Positions 17,999 through 27,713 of a DNA stretch of 64,000 bases are shown piece after piece. The DNA is from Clostridia bacterium (lineage in GTDB: Bacteria > Bacillota > Clostridia > Oscillospirales > CAG-272): assembly GCA_017508195.1 (NCBI GenBank), contig JAFVZL010000043.1, forward strand, positions 108,856 to 172,855, written 5' to 3'. Position 1 is the first letter of the stretch; every line of letters begins with the position of its first letter. The notes under the pieces are model-generated. The model saw nothing but the letters and a program-made list of their open reading frames with translations. It had not been told where the DNA came from and did not search any database. Made by a program: the position numbers and the translations under genes.

Positions 17999-19771
17999 TT
18001 ATTTTTGTTCTTCCTGACGGCGGCGGATGATCTCCGCAAGCTCGTCCATTGTCTTAGTTTGTCCCGAAGCGTTTGCCGCAATAGCCTTTTTCAATGAAGC
18101 AATACTTTCCATAAGAACCTCGGGAGAGTTCGTTACTTCCATCCTTGAAAACTTCATTTTGGTGATCCTGCCGACCTCTTCAGCACTGAACACCTCGCTG
18201 ATATCGATGAGATGATCGTTTCCGCTCTCTGTCGCAACGCGCAGATATTCGAAAATTCTCTTGCCGAGATCGGTAAAGAAGTCATCATCAGTGAGTAATC
18301 CGTCACGGTAGACCGTGTGTCTGAGATCGGGGTGTACAAGCATAAGACCGAGTACGGTCTCCTCGTTCTTAGCGACCGCGGGCGCCTTGATGTAATCGGG
18401 GTTGACCTTGTCAAAATATCCGACCGCTGCCTCGTGCACTCGCTTGCCCTCATCGCGCTTCGCGGCAGCTCTGTTGCGCGCCTGTATACGGTCAACGTCT
18501 GCTCTTATACTCTGGAACGCAATACCGAATTTTTCTGCAACTGTATGTATGTAAACATCACGCTCTGCCACAGAATAAACCGTAGAAATCAGCTTTTCGA
18601 CCTCTCCGAGTGCATTTATCTTATCCTGCGGGAGATTGATATCATACTTGCCTAAGATCGAGTCAAGCCTGTAATCGAACTTGCTTTTAGCAGCTCCGAT
18701 AACCTCTTTAAATTTCTCGACACCGTATGTTTTAATATATTCGTCGGGGTCTTTTGCCCCGGGCACCGAAATAACGCTGACCTCGAGTCCTACCTCCTCG
18801 AGAAGTGCCAGGGCGCGCTGTGCTGCCTTACGCCCTGCCTCGTCTGCGTCGTAGGAGATTATGACCTTTTTCGTGTAACGAGAAAGCAGTCTTGCCTGCT
18901 CCGAGGTTATAGCCGTACCAAGTGTTGCAACAGCGTTCGTAATGCCCACCGAGTGCAGTGCGATAACATCCATATATCCCTCACAGAGCACGATGCTCTC
19001 TGCACAGGTCTGTCTTGCAAAATTCAGTGCAAAAAGATTTCTCGATTTTTTGAATACGGGCGTATCGGACGAGTTCAAATACTTCGGCTTTGAATCATCC
19101 ATAACTCTTCCGCCGAATGCGATAACGTTGCCCGATACGTCGATTACCGGGAACATTACCCTGTTACGAAAAGCATCGTAAACATGTCCGCGCTCCTCGT
19201 TACGCCTGCACAAGTAGCCGGTAACAAGCTCATCTCTTGTATAACCCTTACCGAGCATATACCTTGTAAAGGTATCGAAGCTGTCGGGGGCAAATCCGAG
19301 ACCGAAGTGCTTTATTGTCGCTACGGAAAGACCGCGCTTTTCGGTGAAGTACGCCAAAGCAGACTTCGCAGCGGGATCATTACCGAACAAATACGCATTG
19401 AAGAACCTTGCCGCATCCACGTTCATCTGATAAAATCTCGATTTATCGAGCTTCGGCTCGTTCTTATAACTATTGTTCCCCGTCTCGACGATGGTGATAC
19501 CTGCCCGTCTTGCAAGAAATTCGACGGCATCGGGATAATCAAGATGCTCTATCTTCATCGTGAAGCTGATCTGATCGCCGCCGACTCCGCAACCAAAGCA
19601 GTAGAAGCTGTTATCGGCGGGATAGACTGTGAATGACGGAGACTTCTCGCTATGGAAGGGGCATAGACCGCGCAGATTCGAGCCCGCACGCTTAAGCGTG
19701 ACGTAGCTGCTGACCAGCGACTGTATGTCCGTACGCATCAAAATTTCTTCGATTGTCTCTCGGCTGATCAC
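17999..19771 (-). CDS. dnaG: DNA primase
   Basis: Zinc-ribbon CPFHSEKSPSFTV...CFGCGVGGD and a TOPRIM domain (EGYMDV). The likely start is GTG at 19771, 6 nt after GGGAGGTGA; the longest ORF starts at 19786, inside that RBS. Confidence 0.93.
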   Translation of the reverse strand: MISRETIEEILMRTDIQSLVSSYVTLKRAGSNLRGLCPFHSEKSPSFTVYPADNSFYCFGCGVGGDQISFTMKIEHLDYPDAVEFLARRAGITIVETGNNSYKNEPKLDKSRFYQMNVDAARFFNAYLFGNDPAAKSALAYFTEKRGLSVATIKHFGLGFAPDSFDTFTRYMLGKGYTRDELVTGYLCRRNEERGHVYDAFRNRVMFPVIDVSGNVIAFGGRVMDDSKPKYLNSSDTPVFKKSRNLFALNFARQTCAESIVLCEGYMDVIALHSVGITNAVATLGTAITSEQARLLSRYTKKVIISYDADEAGRKAAQRALALLEEVGLEVSVISVPGAKDPDEYIKTYGVEKFKEVIGAAKSKFDYRLDSILGKYDINLPQDKINALGEVEKLISTVYSVAERDVYIHTVAEKFGIAFQSIRADVDRIQARNRAAAKRDEGKRVHEAAVGYFDKVNPDYIKAPAVAKNEETVLGLMLVHPDLRHTVYRDGLLTDDDFFTDLGKRIFEYLRVATESGNDHLIDISEVFSAEEVGRITKMKFSRMEVTNSPEVLMESIASLKKAIAANASGQTKTMDELAEIIRRRQEEQK

Positions 19772-19845
19772 TCTATCACCTCCCACCGTTTTCGCTTTTT
19801 CGTTTAAAATATACGCAGTGCTTTACAAAAACACTTTTATTTTAT

Positions 19846-20463
19846 TTAAAAATCAAATTTTTCGCCTGTTTTTTTGATAATTATCCGCCCTGAGGTGATC
19901 TCGACAAGCTTTTTCTCAAAGTCACCACCGAGATCGTGCCTTATAGATCCCGTGACGGTTATCACATCGGAGTACTCGGTATTCTCTGTTCTGAATCCCG
20001 AGGACGAAAGCAATGTGCCTATCTTCTGGTAATCGGAATAGGAGCATTCTATCTCATATCCCGAGTAGATATCGTAGGTTATTATTTCAGCTGCCTTAAG
20101 CGCACCGAGCGCAGCCCCCGAATATGCTCTGACAAGACCTCCGGTGCCGAGAAGCGTACCGCCAAAATAGCGAACCACGACAATAGCAACGTTCGTGCAT
20201 CCGTTCTTCCTTATTATATCAAGAACGGGCATCCCTGCGGTTCCCGAGGGTTCTCTGTCATCGGTAAACCTTGCTATCGAGTTCTCTTTAATTACATATG
20301 CGTAAACGTGGTGGTTGGCATCGGGGTAGCTCTTACGCATTCGTTCTATGAAGGCAAGAGCATCCGCCTCACACTCGACGGGAATGCACTCTGCGATAAA
20401 GCGTGATTTTCTGTCCTCGTATTCAAACTCTGCCGAGTGTCTTACGGTTATATAGTTTTCCAT
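19846..20463 (-). CDS. yigZ: YigZ / IMPACT-family protein (UPF0029)
   Basis: 205 aa. Motifs DRKSRFIAECIPV, ANHHVYAY and DDREPSGTAGMP. Confidence 0.85.
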   Translation of the reverse strand: MENYITVRHSAEFEYEDRKSRFIAECIPVECEADALAFIERMRKSYPDANHHVYAYVIKENSIARFTDDREPSGTAGMPVLDIIRKNGCTNVAIVVVRYFGGTLLGTGGLVRAYSGAALGALKAAEIITYDIYSGYEIECSYSDYQKIGTLLSSSGFRTENTEYSDVITVTGSIRHDLGGDFEKKLVEITSGRIIIKKTGEKFDF

Positions 20464-20466
20464 AGT

Positions 20467-21714
20467 CTACTCCACAATATATTTTCCGTACTGACCGATA
20501 CCGCGCGCATCAAGAACGCACTCGACCTCAATGCCGGAGTCTTTATAGTCCACCGAATTTACGGTATACGAGTTATAAAGAGCACTGACTGCTCCCTGCT
20601 CAGTATACGGTATGAGGAGCTTACACTTACGCTTCGACTCCAAAACGAACCGTTCTATCATGCATACTAGGGCATCCACTCCATTACCGCTTTTTGCTGA
20701 AATCCTCACGGTATTTTCGGATACCTCGCCAAGCTCACCGCCCGCAGCATCACACTTGTTATAAGCGTAAATGACAGGCTTATCAGCTCCGCCAAGCTCG
20801 GAGATAACCTCACGCGTGACCTCAAGCTGCTCCTCAACCTCAGAGTCCGACGCATCCGCAACAATTACAAGGATATCTGCATATCTGACCTCGTCAAGAG
20901 TAGACTTAAACGCCTTCACAAGATGGTGAGGAAGCTTCCTTATAAAACCGACGGTGTCGGTAAGAAGTACACTTTCTCCCTGTGGGAGAGTCATCTTTCG
21001 AGTAGTTGGATCGAGCGTTGCAAAAAGCTTGTTCTCGGCAAGAACACCCGCCTCGGTGAGATAATTTAACAGAGTCGACTTACCCGCGTTGGTATAACCA
21101 ACAAGCGCTATCTTCGGAAGACCGCTTCTATCGCGCTGTGCGCGCATTACAGAACGGTTATGCTCAAGCTCCTCGAGCCTTTTTTCGAGTCCTGCTATCT
21201 TTTCTCTGACATGACGGCGGTCGGTCTCGAGCTTTGTCTCACCGGGACCTCTTGATCCGATTCCGCCACCCTGCCGGGAAAGCTCAGTTCCCTTACCAAT
21301 AAGTCTCGGTGCTGAATATCTTAACTGTGCCAGCTGAACCTGGAGCTTGCCCTCACCGCTGACTGCATTCTGAGCAAATATATCAAGTATAAGCATACTT
21401 CTGTCGATTACGTCAACCGCGAGACCTATATCGTCCTCGATGTTACGTATCTGTGCCGGAGTCAGCTCAAAATCAAAAATCACGAGATCGCAATCACCCG
21501 TTTCGCAAAGATCTCTAAGCTCCTTTACCTTGCCGCTTCCGATACAGGTTCTCGGGTCGAATCTCTCCTTCACCTGTATGACTCTCGCGTAAACCGAGCC
21601 TCCTGCGGTATCAAGCAGTCTCTCAAGCTCGTCAAGGCTTCTTTCACATTCGGCAACCTCGGAGCCGCTCTCAGCAATAGTCACAAGTATAGCAAGTCTG
21701 TTTTCCTTCTCCAT
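20467..21714 (-). CDS. hflX: GTPase HflX
   Basis: 415 aa. HflX N-domain plus a G-domain (LVGYTNAGKSTLLN, TDTVGF, NKCD). Confidence 0.93.
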   Translation of the reverse strand: MEKENRLAILVTIAESGSEVAECERSLDELERLLDTAGGSVYARVIQVKERFDPRTCIGSGKVKELRDLCETGDCDLVIFDFELTPAQIRNIEDDIGLAVDVIDRSMLILDIFAQNAVSGEGKLQVQLAQLRYSAPRLIGKGTELSRQGGGIGSRGPGETKLETDRRHVREKIAGLEKRLEELEHNRSVMRAQRDRSGLPKIALVGYTNAGKSTLLNYLTEAGVLAENKLFATLDPTTRKMTLPQGESVLLTDTVGFIRKLPHHLVKAFKSTLDEVRYADILVIVADASDSEVEEQLEVTREVISELGGADKPVIYAYNKCDAAGGELGEVSENTVRISAKSGNGVDALVCMIERFVLESKRKCKLLIPYTEQGAVSALYNSYTVNSVDYKDSGIEVECVLDARGIGQYGKYIVE

Positions 21715-21730
21715 ACTCTCACCCCCTTAG

Positions 21731-21774
21731 AAAAGAAAAAGAGCGTGTGCAGTCGGGACGACTCAACGCTCTTT
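21731..21774 (-). terminator. rpmE intrinsic terminator
   Basis: Minus strand: AAAGAGCGT...ACGCTCTTT stem followed by TTCTTTTC. Confidence 0.7.
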
Positions 21775-21785
21775 TGAAGCAATGA

Positions 21786-21989
21786 TTACTTAACCATTGC
21801 AAGACGCCTCTTGAACTTGTCAACGCGTCCGCCGGCATCTACAAACTTCTGCTTACCGGTATAGAAAGGATGGCACTTAGAGCAAATTTCGACGTTAAGA
21901 TCACCCTTAACGGAGTGAGTAGTAACGGTCTCGCCACAAGCGCATCTGATGGTAGCAACTTTGTATTCGGGATGTATTCCTGCCTTCAT
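21786..21989 (-). CDS. rpmE: 50S ribosomal protein L31 (Zn-binding type A)
   Basis: MKAGIHPEY...CACG...[13 protein letters not shown] at 21989 follows a GAGGTG RBS; the longest ORF adds 11 spurious residues. Confidence 0.93.
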   Translation of the reverse strand: MKAGIHPEYKVATIRCACGETVTTHSVKGDLNVEICSKCHPFYTGKQKFVDAGGRVDKFKRRLAMVK

Positions 21990-22030
21990 TTTAACACCTC
22001 TTAACATTAGAATCTTTTTCATTACGATTG

Positions 22031-22059
22031 ATTATATCATATTTTTTTACTATTTGCAA
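22031..22059 (-). promoter_or_regulatory. rpmE sigma-A promoter
   Basis: Minus strand: TTGCAA, a 17-nt spacer, then TGA-TATAAT (extended -10). Confidence 0.6.
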
Positions 22060-22117
22060 TAGTTTTTGATAATTTTTTCAGATTTTTTTCGATATGTATT
22101 TTTTCCCTTTGAAATGC

Positions 22118-22843
22118 TCAGATTTTCTCCTCAATTCTGTGTCTTAGCCTCACCATAATCTTTTTTTCGAGCCTGGAGATATAGCTTTGAGATATGCCGA
22201 GAGCATCCGCGACCTCCTTTTGAGTGAGTGGCTCTTCTCCGGACAGTCCGAACCTCATATCGATTATTACACGCTCCCGCTCGTTGAGGGTGGATACTGC
22301 CTCACGCAAAATCTCGCGCTCCTCGTCCTCCTCCATCCCGCGTGAAACAACATCTTGCTCGCTGCCGAGGATATCTGAAAGAAGCAATTCATTTCCGTCC
22401 CAATCAACACTGAGCGGCTCGTCTATTGATATCTCGCGCCTTCCCGATGCATTTTTCCTTATGAACATAAGTATCTCATTTTCAATACACCTGGATGCGT
22501 ATGTAGCAAGCTTGATGCTCTTTTCCTTATTGAAGGTGTTTACCGCCTTCATAAGACCTAGTGTACCTATTGAAATCAGCTCCTCAATATTCGCTCCTGT
22601 ATTTTCAAACCTCTTTGCAATATATGCTACAAGTCTGAGGTTGTGCTCAACGAGCAGAGTGCGCGACTCCGCTCTGTCGATCGTCTCAATTGCCTCTTCC
22701 TCTTCCTCTCTTGAAAGAGGCGGAGGCAACGTCTCGCTGCCGTTAACATAGTACAATTCATCTGCATGAAATATTCGTCTCCAAAAACGCTTGACAGCAT
22801 TGATTACTCTAGAAATAATACCGTTCATTATTCTATTACGCAA
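22118..22843 (-). CDS. sigE: Sporulation sigma factor E precursor (pro-sigma-E)
   Basis: [16 protein letters not shown] pro-sequence junction, plus [38 protein letters not shown] and [17 protein letters not shown]. It lies immediately downstream of spoIIGA. An alternative start, ATG at 22828, would overlap the spoIIGA stop as TAATG. Confidence 0.9.
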   Translation of the reverse strand: MRNRIMNGIISRVINAVKRFWRRIFHADELYYVNGSETLPPPLSREEEEEAIETIDRAESRTLLVEHNLRLVAYIAKRFENTGANIEELISIGTLGLMKAVNTFNKEKSIKLATYASRCIENEILMFIRKNASGRREISIDEPLSVDWDGNELLLSDILGSEQDVVSRGMEEDEEREILREAVSTLNERERVIIDMRFGLSGEEPLTQKEVADALGISQSYISRLEKKIMVRLRHRIEEKI

Positions 22844-23673
22844 AACGGAACGAGTGCCTCGTATCCGCCAAACGTCCCCCCCTCCTTATCGATCGCAACG
22901 GTTACTGATATTTCGCCGGAGTCTGAAAGAATCGCACTCTCGGGTACAACACCCGTCATCACATGTGTTTCTCCGCTGCGCGTTACGGGGATAAGCCGTA
23001 TACGCTTTCTGAGCTCGGGCGCAAGCGTCTCAAGCTCTGTGAGATCCAGTATTTCACGCGGAAGAAGCTTCTTCGCAAGCTCAGGCTTTACAAATACAAC
23101 GGGGTTCATATTCATAGGGTCCTTTACAAGATTTCCGCTATCCACCAAAGCATCACAGCTAACACTTTTATCCCCCACAACGAGTGATAATCTTACGGTT
23201 TTTATATCCTTTGCGCCCGATAAAACGGTAATAAACAATTTCAACACTCCAATCGCTAACAGAATTATTAATGAAAATAGCAGCGCCTGCCTGTTTTCAG
23301 CACTTCCCGAAAACAGCTCTCCGAACAATTCCGAATACTTATCGAGAATACCGTACATAAAGCTCACGATGCCTCCGAGAAGCATCTCAACAAAGATAAA
23401 TACTATAATGAATTTAATTTGCCGCAGTGCCGATGCATCTCTACTGACAAGTATGGCGCAAATAAGCAGAAATAATACCGCAAAAAAGCTTTTAAAAAGC
23501 ACTGCATCAAGCCACAGAACCTCGGCAACGCAATATATTGCGCCAAGCGAAGAAAGAGTCAAGAGCCTCGGAAGCGTTGTTTTTATATGTAAAAGCTTAA
23601 CCGCCAAAAAAAGCGCTATCAAATCAACAGTAAAGTTGATTAGAAAATAAATATCTACGTACAATACCTGCAT
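22828..23673 (-). CDS. spoIIGA: Sigma-E processing peptidase SpoIIGA
   Basis: Polytopic N-terminal membrane domain starting [21 protein letters not shown], with a C-terminal aspartic protease region (DALVDSGN). The likely start is ATG at 23673 after GAGGTG. Confidence 0.88.
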   Translation of the reverse strand: MQVLYVDIYFLINFTVDLIALFLAVKLLHIKTTLPRLLTLSSLGAIYCVAEVLWLDAVLFKSFFAVLFLLICAILVSRDASALRQIKFIIVFIFVEMLLGGIVSFMYGILDKYSELFGELFSGSAENRQALLFSLIILLAIGVLKLFITVLSGAKDIKTVRLSLVVGDKSVSCDALVDSGNLVKDPMNMNPVVFVKPELAKKLLPREILDLTELETLAPELRKRIRLIPVTRSGETHVMTGVVPESAILSDSGEISVTVAIDKEGGTFGGYEALVPFCVIE

Positions 23674-23756
23674 CACGCACCTCGTAAGTACAATTCTAGC
23701 ATAATGCATGCTCGTTTTATGTCATATTCGGGAAGCCATAAAAATAAAAATTGTAC

Positions 23757-23802
23757 AAAAAAACGCGGAGGAGGCAAGGATGTACCTCTTCCGCGAAAAA
23801 AA
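23757..23802. terminator. Terminator after the mrp-like gene (bidirectional hairpin)
   Basis: CGCGGAGGAGG...CCTCTTCCGCG stem flanked by A7 on each side of the plus strand. Confidence 0.65.
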
Positions 23803-23828
23803 CAGTGTATTGTTATATTTAATAATTA

Positions 23829-23837
23829 TTGTCGAAT
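23829..23837 (+). promoter_or_regulatory. Spo0A-box-like element upstream of spoIIGA
   Basis: TTGTCGAAT contains the TGTCGAA core. It lies ~155 nt upstream of the spoIIGA start. In B. subtilis, spoIIG is a known Spo0A~P-activated promoter. Confidence 0.35.
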
Positions 23838-23845
23838 TCAGTCTA

Positions 23846-24670
23846 TCACTTATTGAGTGACTTCTCGATAAGGTCTGCTGCTCTATCCATATAATCACCC
23901 TCAAAGAGCTCGACAACACCTTTATCTACAACCGAAGCAAGCTCGGGGTCAATAGGTAGCTCCGCAAGAACTTCAGTGCCGTACTCCTTAGCAAGCGAAT
24001 TAATCTTGCTCTCACCGTACGGTCTGATGACCTTGCCACAATCAGGGCAAACGATATACGAATAGTTTTCAACTAAACCGAGAACCTCGATATCCATAAG
24101 CTTCGCCATATTGACAGCCTTTTCGACGATCATCGAAACGAGCTCCTGTGGGCTGGTAACGATAACGATGCCGTCAAGAGGAAGACTCTGGAACACCGTG
24201 AGCGGTACGTCTCCCGTTCCGGGAGGCATATCCACGAACATAAAGTCTACCTCGCCCCAAACTACGTCGGTCCAGAACTGCTTAACAGTACCCGCGATAA
24301 CAGGTCCGCGCCAGACGACAGGCTTAGTCTCGTCATCGACAAGAAGGTTAAGGCTCATTACCTCAATACCGGTCTTGGTCTGCACGGGGAACATACCGAG
24401 GTCGCTGCCCTCAACCGTACCGGGCTTGAGTCCGAACGCCTTCGGAATAGAGGGTCCCGTAATATCTGCATCAAGCACCGCAGTACGGTATCCGCGTCTT
24501 GCCATCGTGACCGCGAGCATAGAGGTAACAAGCGACTTTCCGACACCGCCCTTGCCACTCACGACACCGATAACGTGCTTGACTCTGCTAGCTGCATTCG
24601 CGGGTGCAAGGAGCGATTCCTTTGAGCACTTCGAGGAGCAGTTAGAACAATCATGTGAACATTCTGCCAT
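23846..24670 (-). CDS. Mrp/NBP35 (ApbC)-family Fe-S cluster carrier ATPase
   Basis: 274 aa. Cys-rich N-terminus (CSHDCSNCSSKC), deviant Walker A GKGGVGKS, and CPDCG in the C-terminal half. Confidence 0.88.
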   Translation of the reverse strand: MAECSHDCSNCSSKCSKESLLAPANAASRVKHVIGVVSGKGGVGKSLVTSMLAVTMARRGYRTAVLDADITGPSIPKAFGLKPGTVEGSDLGMFPVQTKTGIEVMSLNLLVDDETKPVVWRGPVIAGTVKQFWTDVVWGEVDFMFVDMPPGTGDVPLTVFQSLPLDGIVIVTSPQELVSMIVEKAVNMAKLMDIEVLGLVENYSYIVCPDCGKVIRPYGESKINSLAKEYGTEVLAELPIDPELASVVDKGVVELFEGDYMDRAADLIEKSLNK

Positions 24671-24697
24671 AATTTATAGTCTCCTTATAAATAATTA

Positions 24698-26971
24698 TCA
24701 AATTTTATCAAATTTTAGCACGCCATCCTTAACACTGAGCGATACACCTGCAAGCTGCGATGGGAAGGCATCGATTATCAGGTTTGCTACCGTATCCTCA
24801 ACATTCTTTTCGATGTATCTGCGCATGTTTCTTGCACCGTACTTTTCGCTGAAGGACTCTTTCGCAATAAGCTCAAGAGACTCATCGGAAAAGATGAAAG
24901 TGATGCCCTTTTCTATAAGATGATCCTTCATCTTAGTAAGCATTATTCTCGCGATCTTTGCAAAGTCGGTGACGTCAAGATGTCTGAATGTGATTATCTC
25001 ATCAATACGGTTAAGGAACTCGGGACGCAGGAATTTTGAGAGCGCTTTTTCGGTCTTTATCTTTCCCTGCTCCTCTCTCGAGTCAGTGAAGCCCGAGACC
25101 GCACTCGAGCGCTCGCTGCCTGCGTTTGTGGTCATTATTATGACCGTATTCGCGAAGCTTACCTCTCTGCCCTGTGCATCGGTAATTTTGCCGTCATCAA
25201 GCACCTGCAAGAGAATATTAAGAACATCGGGATGTGCCTTCTCTATTTCGTCGAAGAGGACTACCGAGTATGGTCTGCGTCTTATCTTCTCGGTAAGCTG
25301 TCCCGCCTCGTCATATCCGACGTAGCCGGGGGGAGAGCCTATTATCTTCGAGACTGCATGCTTCTCCATATACTCGGACATATCAAGCCTGATAAGAGAA
25401 TCGGGCTGCTTAAACAGATCCTCCGCAAGAACCTTGACGAGCTCGGTCTTTCCTACACCGGTAGGTCCTGCAAATATCATCGATATAGGATTGTTTCTGT
25501 AAGAGACGCCTGCTCTTTTTCTTCTTACCGCACGAACTACCGCACCGACAGCCTCTTCCTGTCCGATAACCTGCGCCGATATTCGGTCGTACAGACCGTT
25601 CAGATTATCGAGATCACCAACCGAGAGATCGGTTGCCGGAATTCCCGTCCATATCTCAACGACCTTAAGAAGATCGGATACCTTGACCTCCAGAGTCGAA
25701 ATAATTGCATCCAACTCAGAAATTCTCGTCTCAATGCGAAGCTTCTCGGAGCGAAGATCCGCCATAGCCTTATAGTTGTCCTCTGTCTGTCCCTCTGCCG
25801 ACTCGAGCTTGGACTCAAGCTCAGTCATCTTTGCTTCAAGCTCAGTAAGTCGCTTGGCGGATATTCGTCTTTCACTCAGCTCATTCGAGGTGAGTGCTAC
25901 CTTGGACGCCGCCTCATCGATAAGGTCTATCGCCTTATCAGGGAGAAATCTGTCGGTAATATATTTCTCCGAGAGAATCGCCGCGGCTCTTGCGGTATCA
26001 TCGGATATCTTAAGCCCGTGGAAGGACTCGTAATACTTTTTTATTCCCTTGATGATATCAACCGTATCCTCAACAGAGGGCTCGTCTACCTTTATCGGTT
26101 GAAATCTTCGCTCGAGCGCGCTATCCTTTTCTATATGCTTGCGGTACTCCTTAAGCGTCGTGGCACCGATAACGCGGATCTCTCCGCGAGAGAGCGCAGG
26201 CTTCAAAAGATTTGCCGCACTCATGCTGCCGTCGGATGTCTCACCGGCACCGGCGATGTTGTGAACCTCATCTATCATAAGGATGATGTTGCCTGCTGCC
26301 TTTATCTCCTTGATAAGCGCAAGCACGCGCGATTCAAACTGACCGCGGAACTGTGTTCCGGCAACCAAAGAGGTAAGGTCAAGCTGCCATATTTCATAGT
26401 CTCTGAGTGTAGCGGGAACGCGCTCCTCTACTATTCTTCTGGCAAGCTCCTCGGCAATAGCAGTCTTACCTACACCCGGCTCACCGATTAAGCAGGGGTT
26501 ATTCTTTTGCCTACGGCAAAGTATCTGTATGATTCTGTCAAGCTCGCGATCGCGGCCGATGAGATTATCGATGCCACCCGCCCGAGCCTTTTCGTTTAAA
26601 TTCGTACAATACTGGGAAAGGGTCTTTCTTTCCTTGTTCGGTGCTCCCGTCTTTTTTGAGTTATCATTCCTCGGCTCACCCTGCCCCTGCATGCCAAACA
26701 TCTGTGCAAGATTAAGGGTCGGCTGTCTGCCGTCGTTATCATCGGAGTCCTCAAGAACCTCGGGGAGTGCCGAATCGATATCCTCGAGCATCGCATCCAT
26801 CTGACTCTCGTCAACACCCATGCTCTTGAGAATATCGCTGACGGGCTTTATGCCCATCTCCTTTGCGCAAAGAAGGCATAAGCCCTCTTGTATACTTTTG
26901 TTGTTTTCCAAGCGAGTGATGAAGACCATCGCAGGTCTTTTCTGACACTTCGCACATCTTTGGATATTCAT
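24698..26971 (-). CDS. Class-I Clp/Hsp100 AAA+ ATPase with N-terminal zinc ribbon (ClpE-like)
   Basis: 757 aa with two AAA+ modules (GEPGVGKTA; GPTGVGKTE). There is a short coiled-coil middle region. The N-terminus CAKCQ...CLLCA replaces the usual ClpC double N-repeat. Confidence 0.85.
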   Translation of the reverse strand: MNIQRCAKCQKRPAMVFITRLENNKSIQEGLCLLCAKEMGIKPVSDILKSMGVDESQMDAMLEDIDSALPEVLEDSDDNDGRQPTLNLAQMFGMQGQGEPRNDNSKKTGAPNKERKTLSQYCTNLNEKARAGGIDNLIGRDRELDRIIQILCRRQKNNPCLIGEPGVGKTAIAEELARRIVEERVPATLRDYEIWQLDLTSLVAGTQFRGQFESRVLALIKEIKAAGNIILMIDEVHNIAGAGETSDGSMSAANLLKPALSRGEIRVIGATTLKEYRKHIEKDSALERRFQPIKVDEPSVEDTVDIIKGIKKYYESFHGLKISDDTARAAAILSEKYITDRFLPDKAIDLIDEAASKVALTSNELSERRISAKRLTELEAKMTELESKLESAEGQTEDNYKAMADLRSEKLRIETRISELDAIISTLEVKVSDLLKVVEIWTGIPATDLSVGDLDNLNGLYDRISAQVIGQEEAVGAVVRAVRRKRAGVSYRNNPISMIFAGPTGVGKTELVKVLAEDLFKQPDSLIRLDMSEYMEKHAVSKIIGSPPGYVGYDEAGQLTEKIRRRPYSVVLFDEIEKAHPDVLNILLQVLDDGKITDAQGREVSFANTVIIMTTNAGSERSSAVSGFTDSREEQGKIKTEKALSKFLRPEFLNRIDEIITFRHLDVTDFAKIARIMLTKMKDHLIEKGITFIFSDESLELIAKESFSEKYGARNMRRYIEKNVEDTVANLIIDAFPSQLAGVSLSVKDGVLKFDKI

Positions 26972-26987
26972 TTTTTTTGCTACCTAC

Positions 26988-27683
26988 TTAGAAACTTAAT
27001 AACAGGCTTAAGAGTATATCGATCGGGCTCAGGCTCTTGAAGAAATTGTAAAGCCATCCACCGTTAAAGCCCTGAACCCACTCCTGCTCGTGGATAAAAG
27101 GAATACTGAGTATAAGATCGGAGATGCAGCATAAGCCCCACACCACAGTAACTGCGAGGAAGGTCATTACTATACATCCGAGCACCTTGTTTACCGCGCC
27201 TACTACTCCGTTGTTGATAACAGCATCAACGATGGCAAAGACGATGGTAAGAAGGATTTTGAATATAAAGAAGAGGATAATAAATCCGAGAACCGATGTT
27301 ACAAGGTTAAGTATCGGATCGGTCACCGCTGTGATAATAGCGTTGACCATATCTGCCTGTGCCTCAGCGCTCGTGATCGCATTCAGATCGACTCCCGCTA
27401 ATGCTGCGGCAAACTTAACGAGTGTCGGCAGCTCATCGGCAACCGCAGCACCCTCACCGATCTTTTCGGTGAAGAACACCGTCAGCTTTGTCACTATCGG
27501 ATCGGCTATCATAGGCTTAAGTATATAAGTTCCCACGACAGATGAAAATGACACCGCAAGAAAGAGCGACATCAGAAATTTAACGGGCTTGGCAACGGTC
27601 TTTAAAAAACCGACCTTTATTCCCCATATGAAACCAACCAGTAATATCGCCAAAATAATGAGATCAACGATTATATCAGCCAT
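26988..27683 (-). CDS. CvpA-family integral membrane protein
   Basis: 231 aa with 4-5 TM helices. The N-terminus IVDLIILAILLVGFIWGIKVGF is typical of the CvpA family. Confidence 0.65.
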   Translation of the reverse strand: MADIIVDLIILAILLVGFIWGIKVGFLKTVAKPVKFLMSLFLAVSFSSVVGTYILKPMIADPIVTKLTVFFTEKIGEGAAVADELPTLVKFAAALAGVDLNAITSAEAQADMVNAIITAVTDPILNLVTSVLGFIILFFIFKILLTIVFAIVDAVINNGVVGAVNKVLGCIVMTFLAVTVVWGLCCISDLILSIPFIHEQEWVQGFNGGWLYNFFKSLSPIDILLSLLLSF

Positions 27684-27713
27684 TACCGTTCCTCCTTTTT
27701 TGTGTTTTTTTCG

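Noticed and set aside
25232-26491. Long antisense ORFs opposite well-supported genes (this one opposite the Clp ATPase; similar cases are 917-2131, 8225-9211, 17216-18097, 22766-23650, 24111-24923, 41510-42376, 54379-55191, 60950-61828)
   Set aside because: Each is fully embedded antisense in a gene with strong family motifs. Their compositions are Ser/Arg/Leu-rich, as is typical of shadow frames, and they lack RBSs. Calling them would double-book the DNA without evidence.
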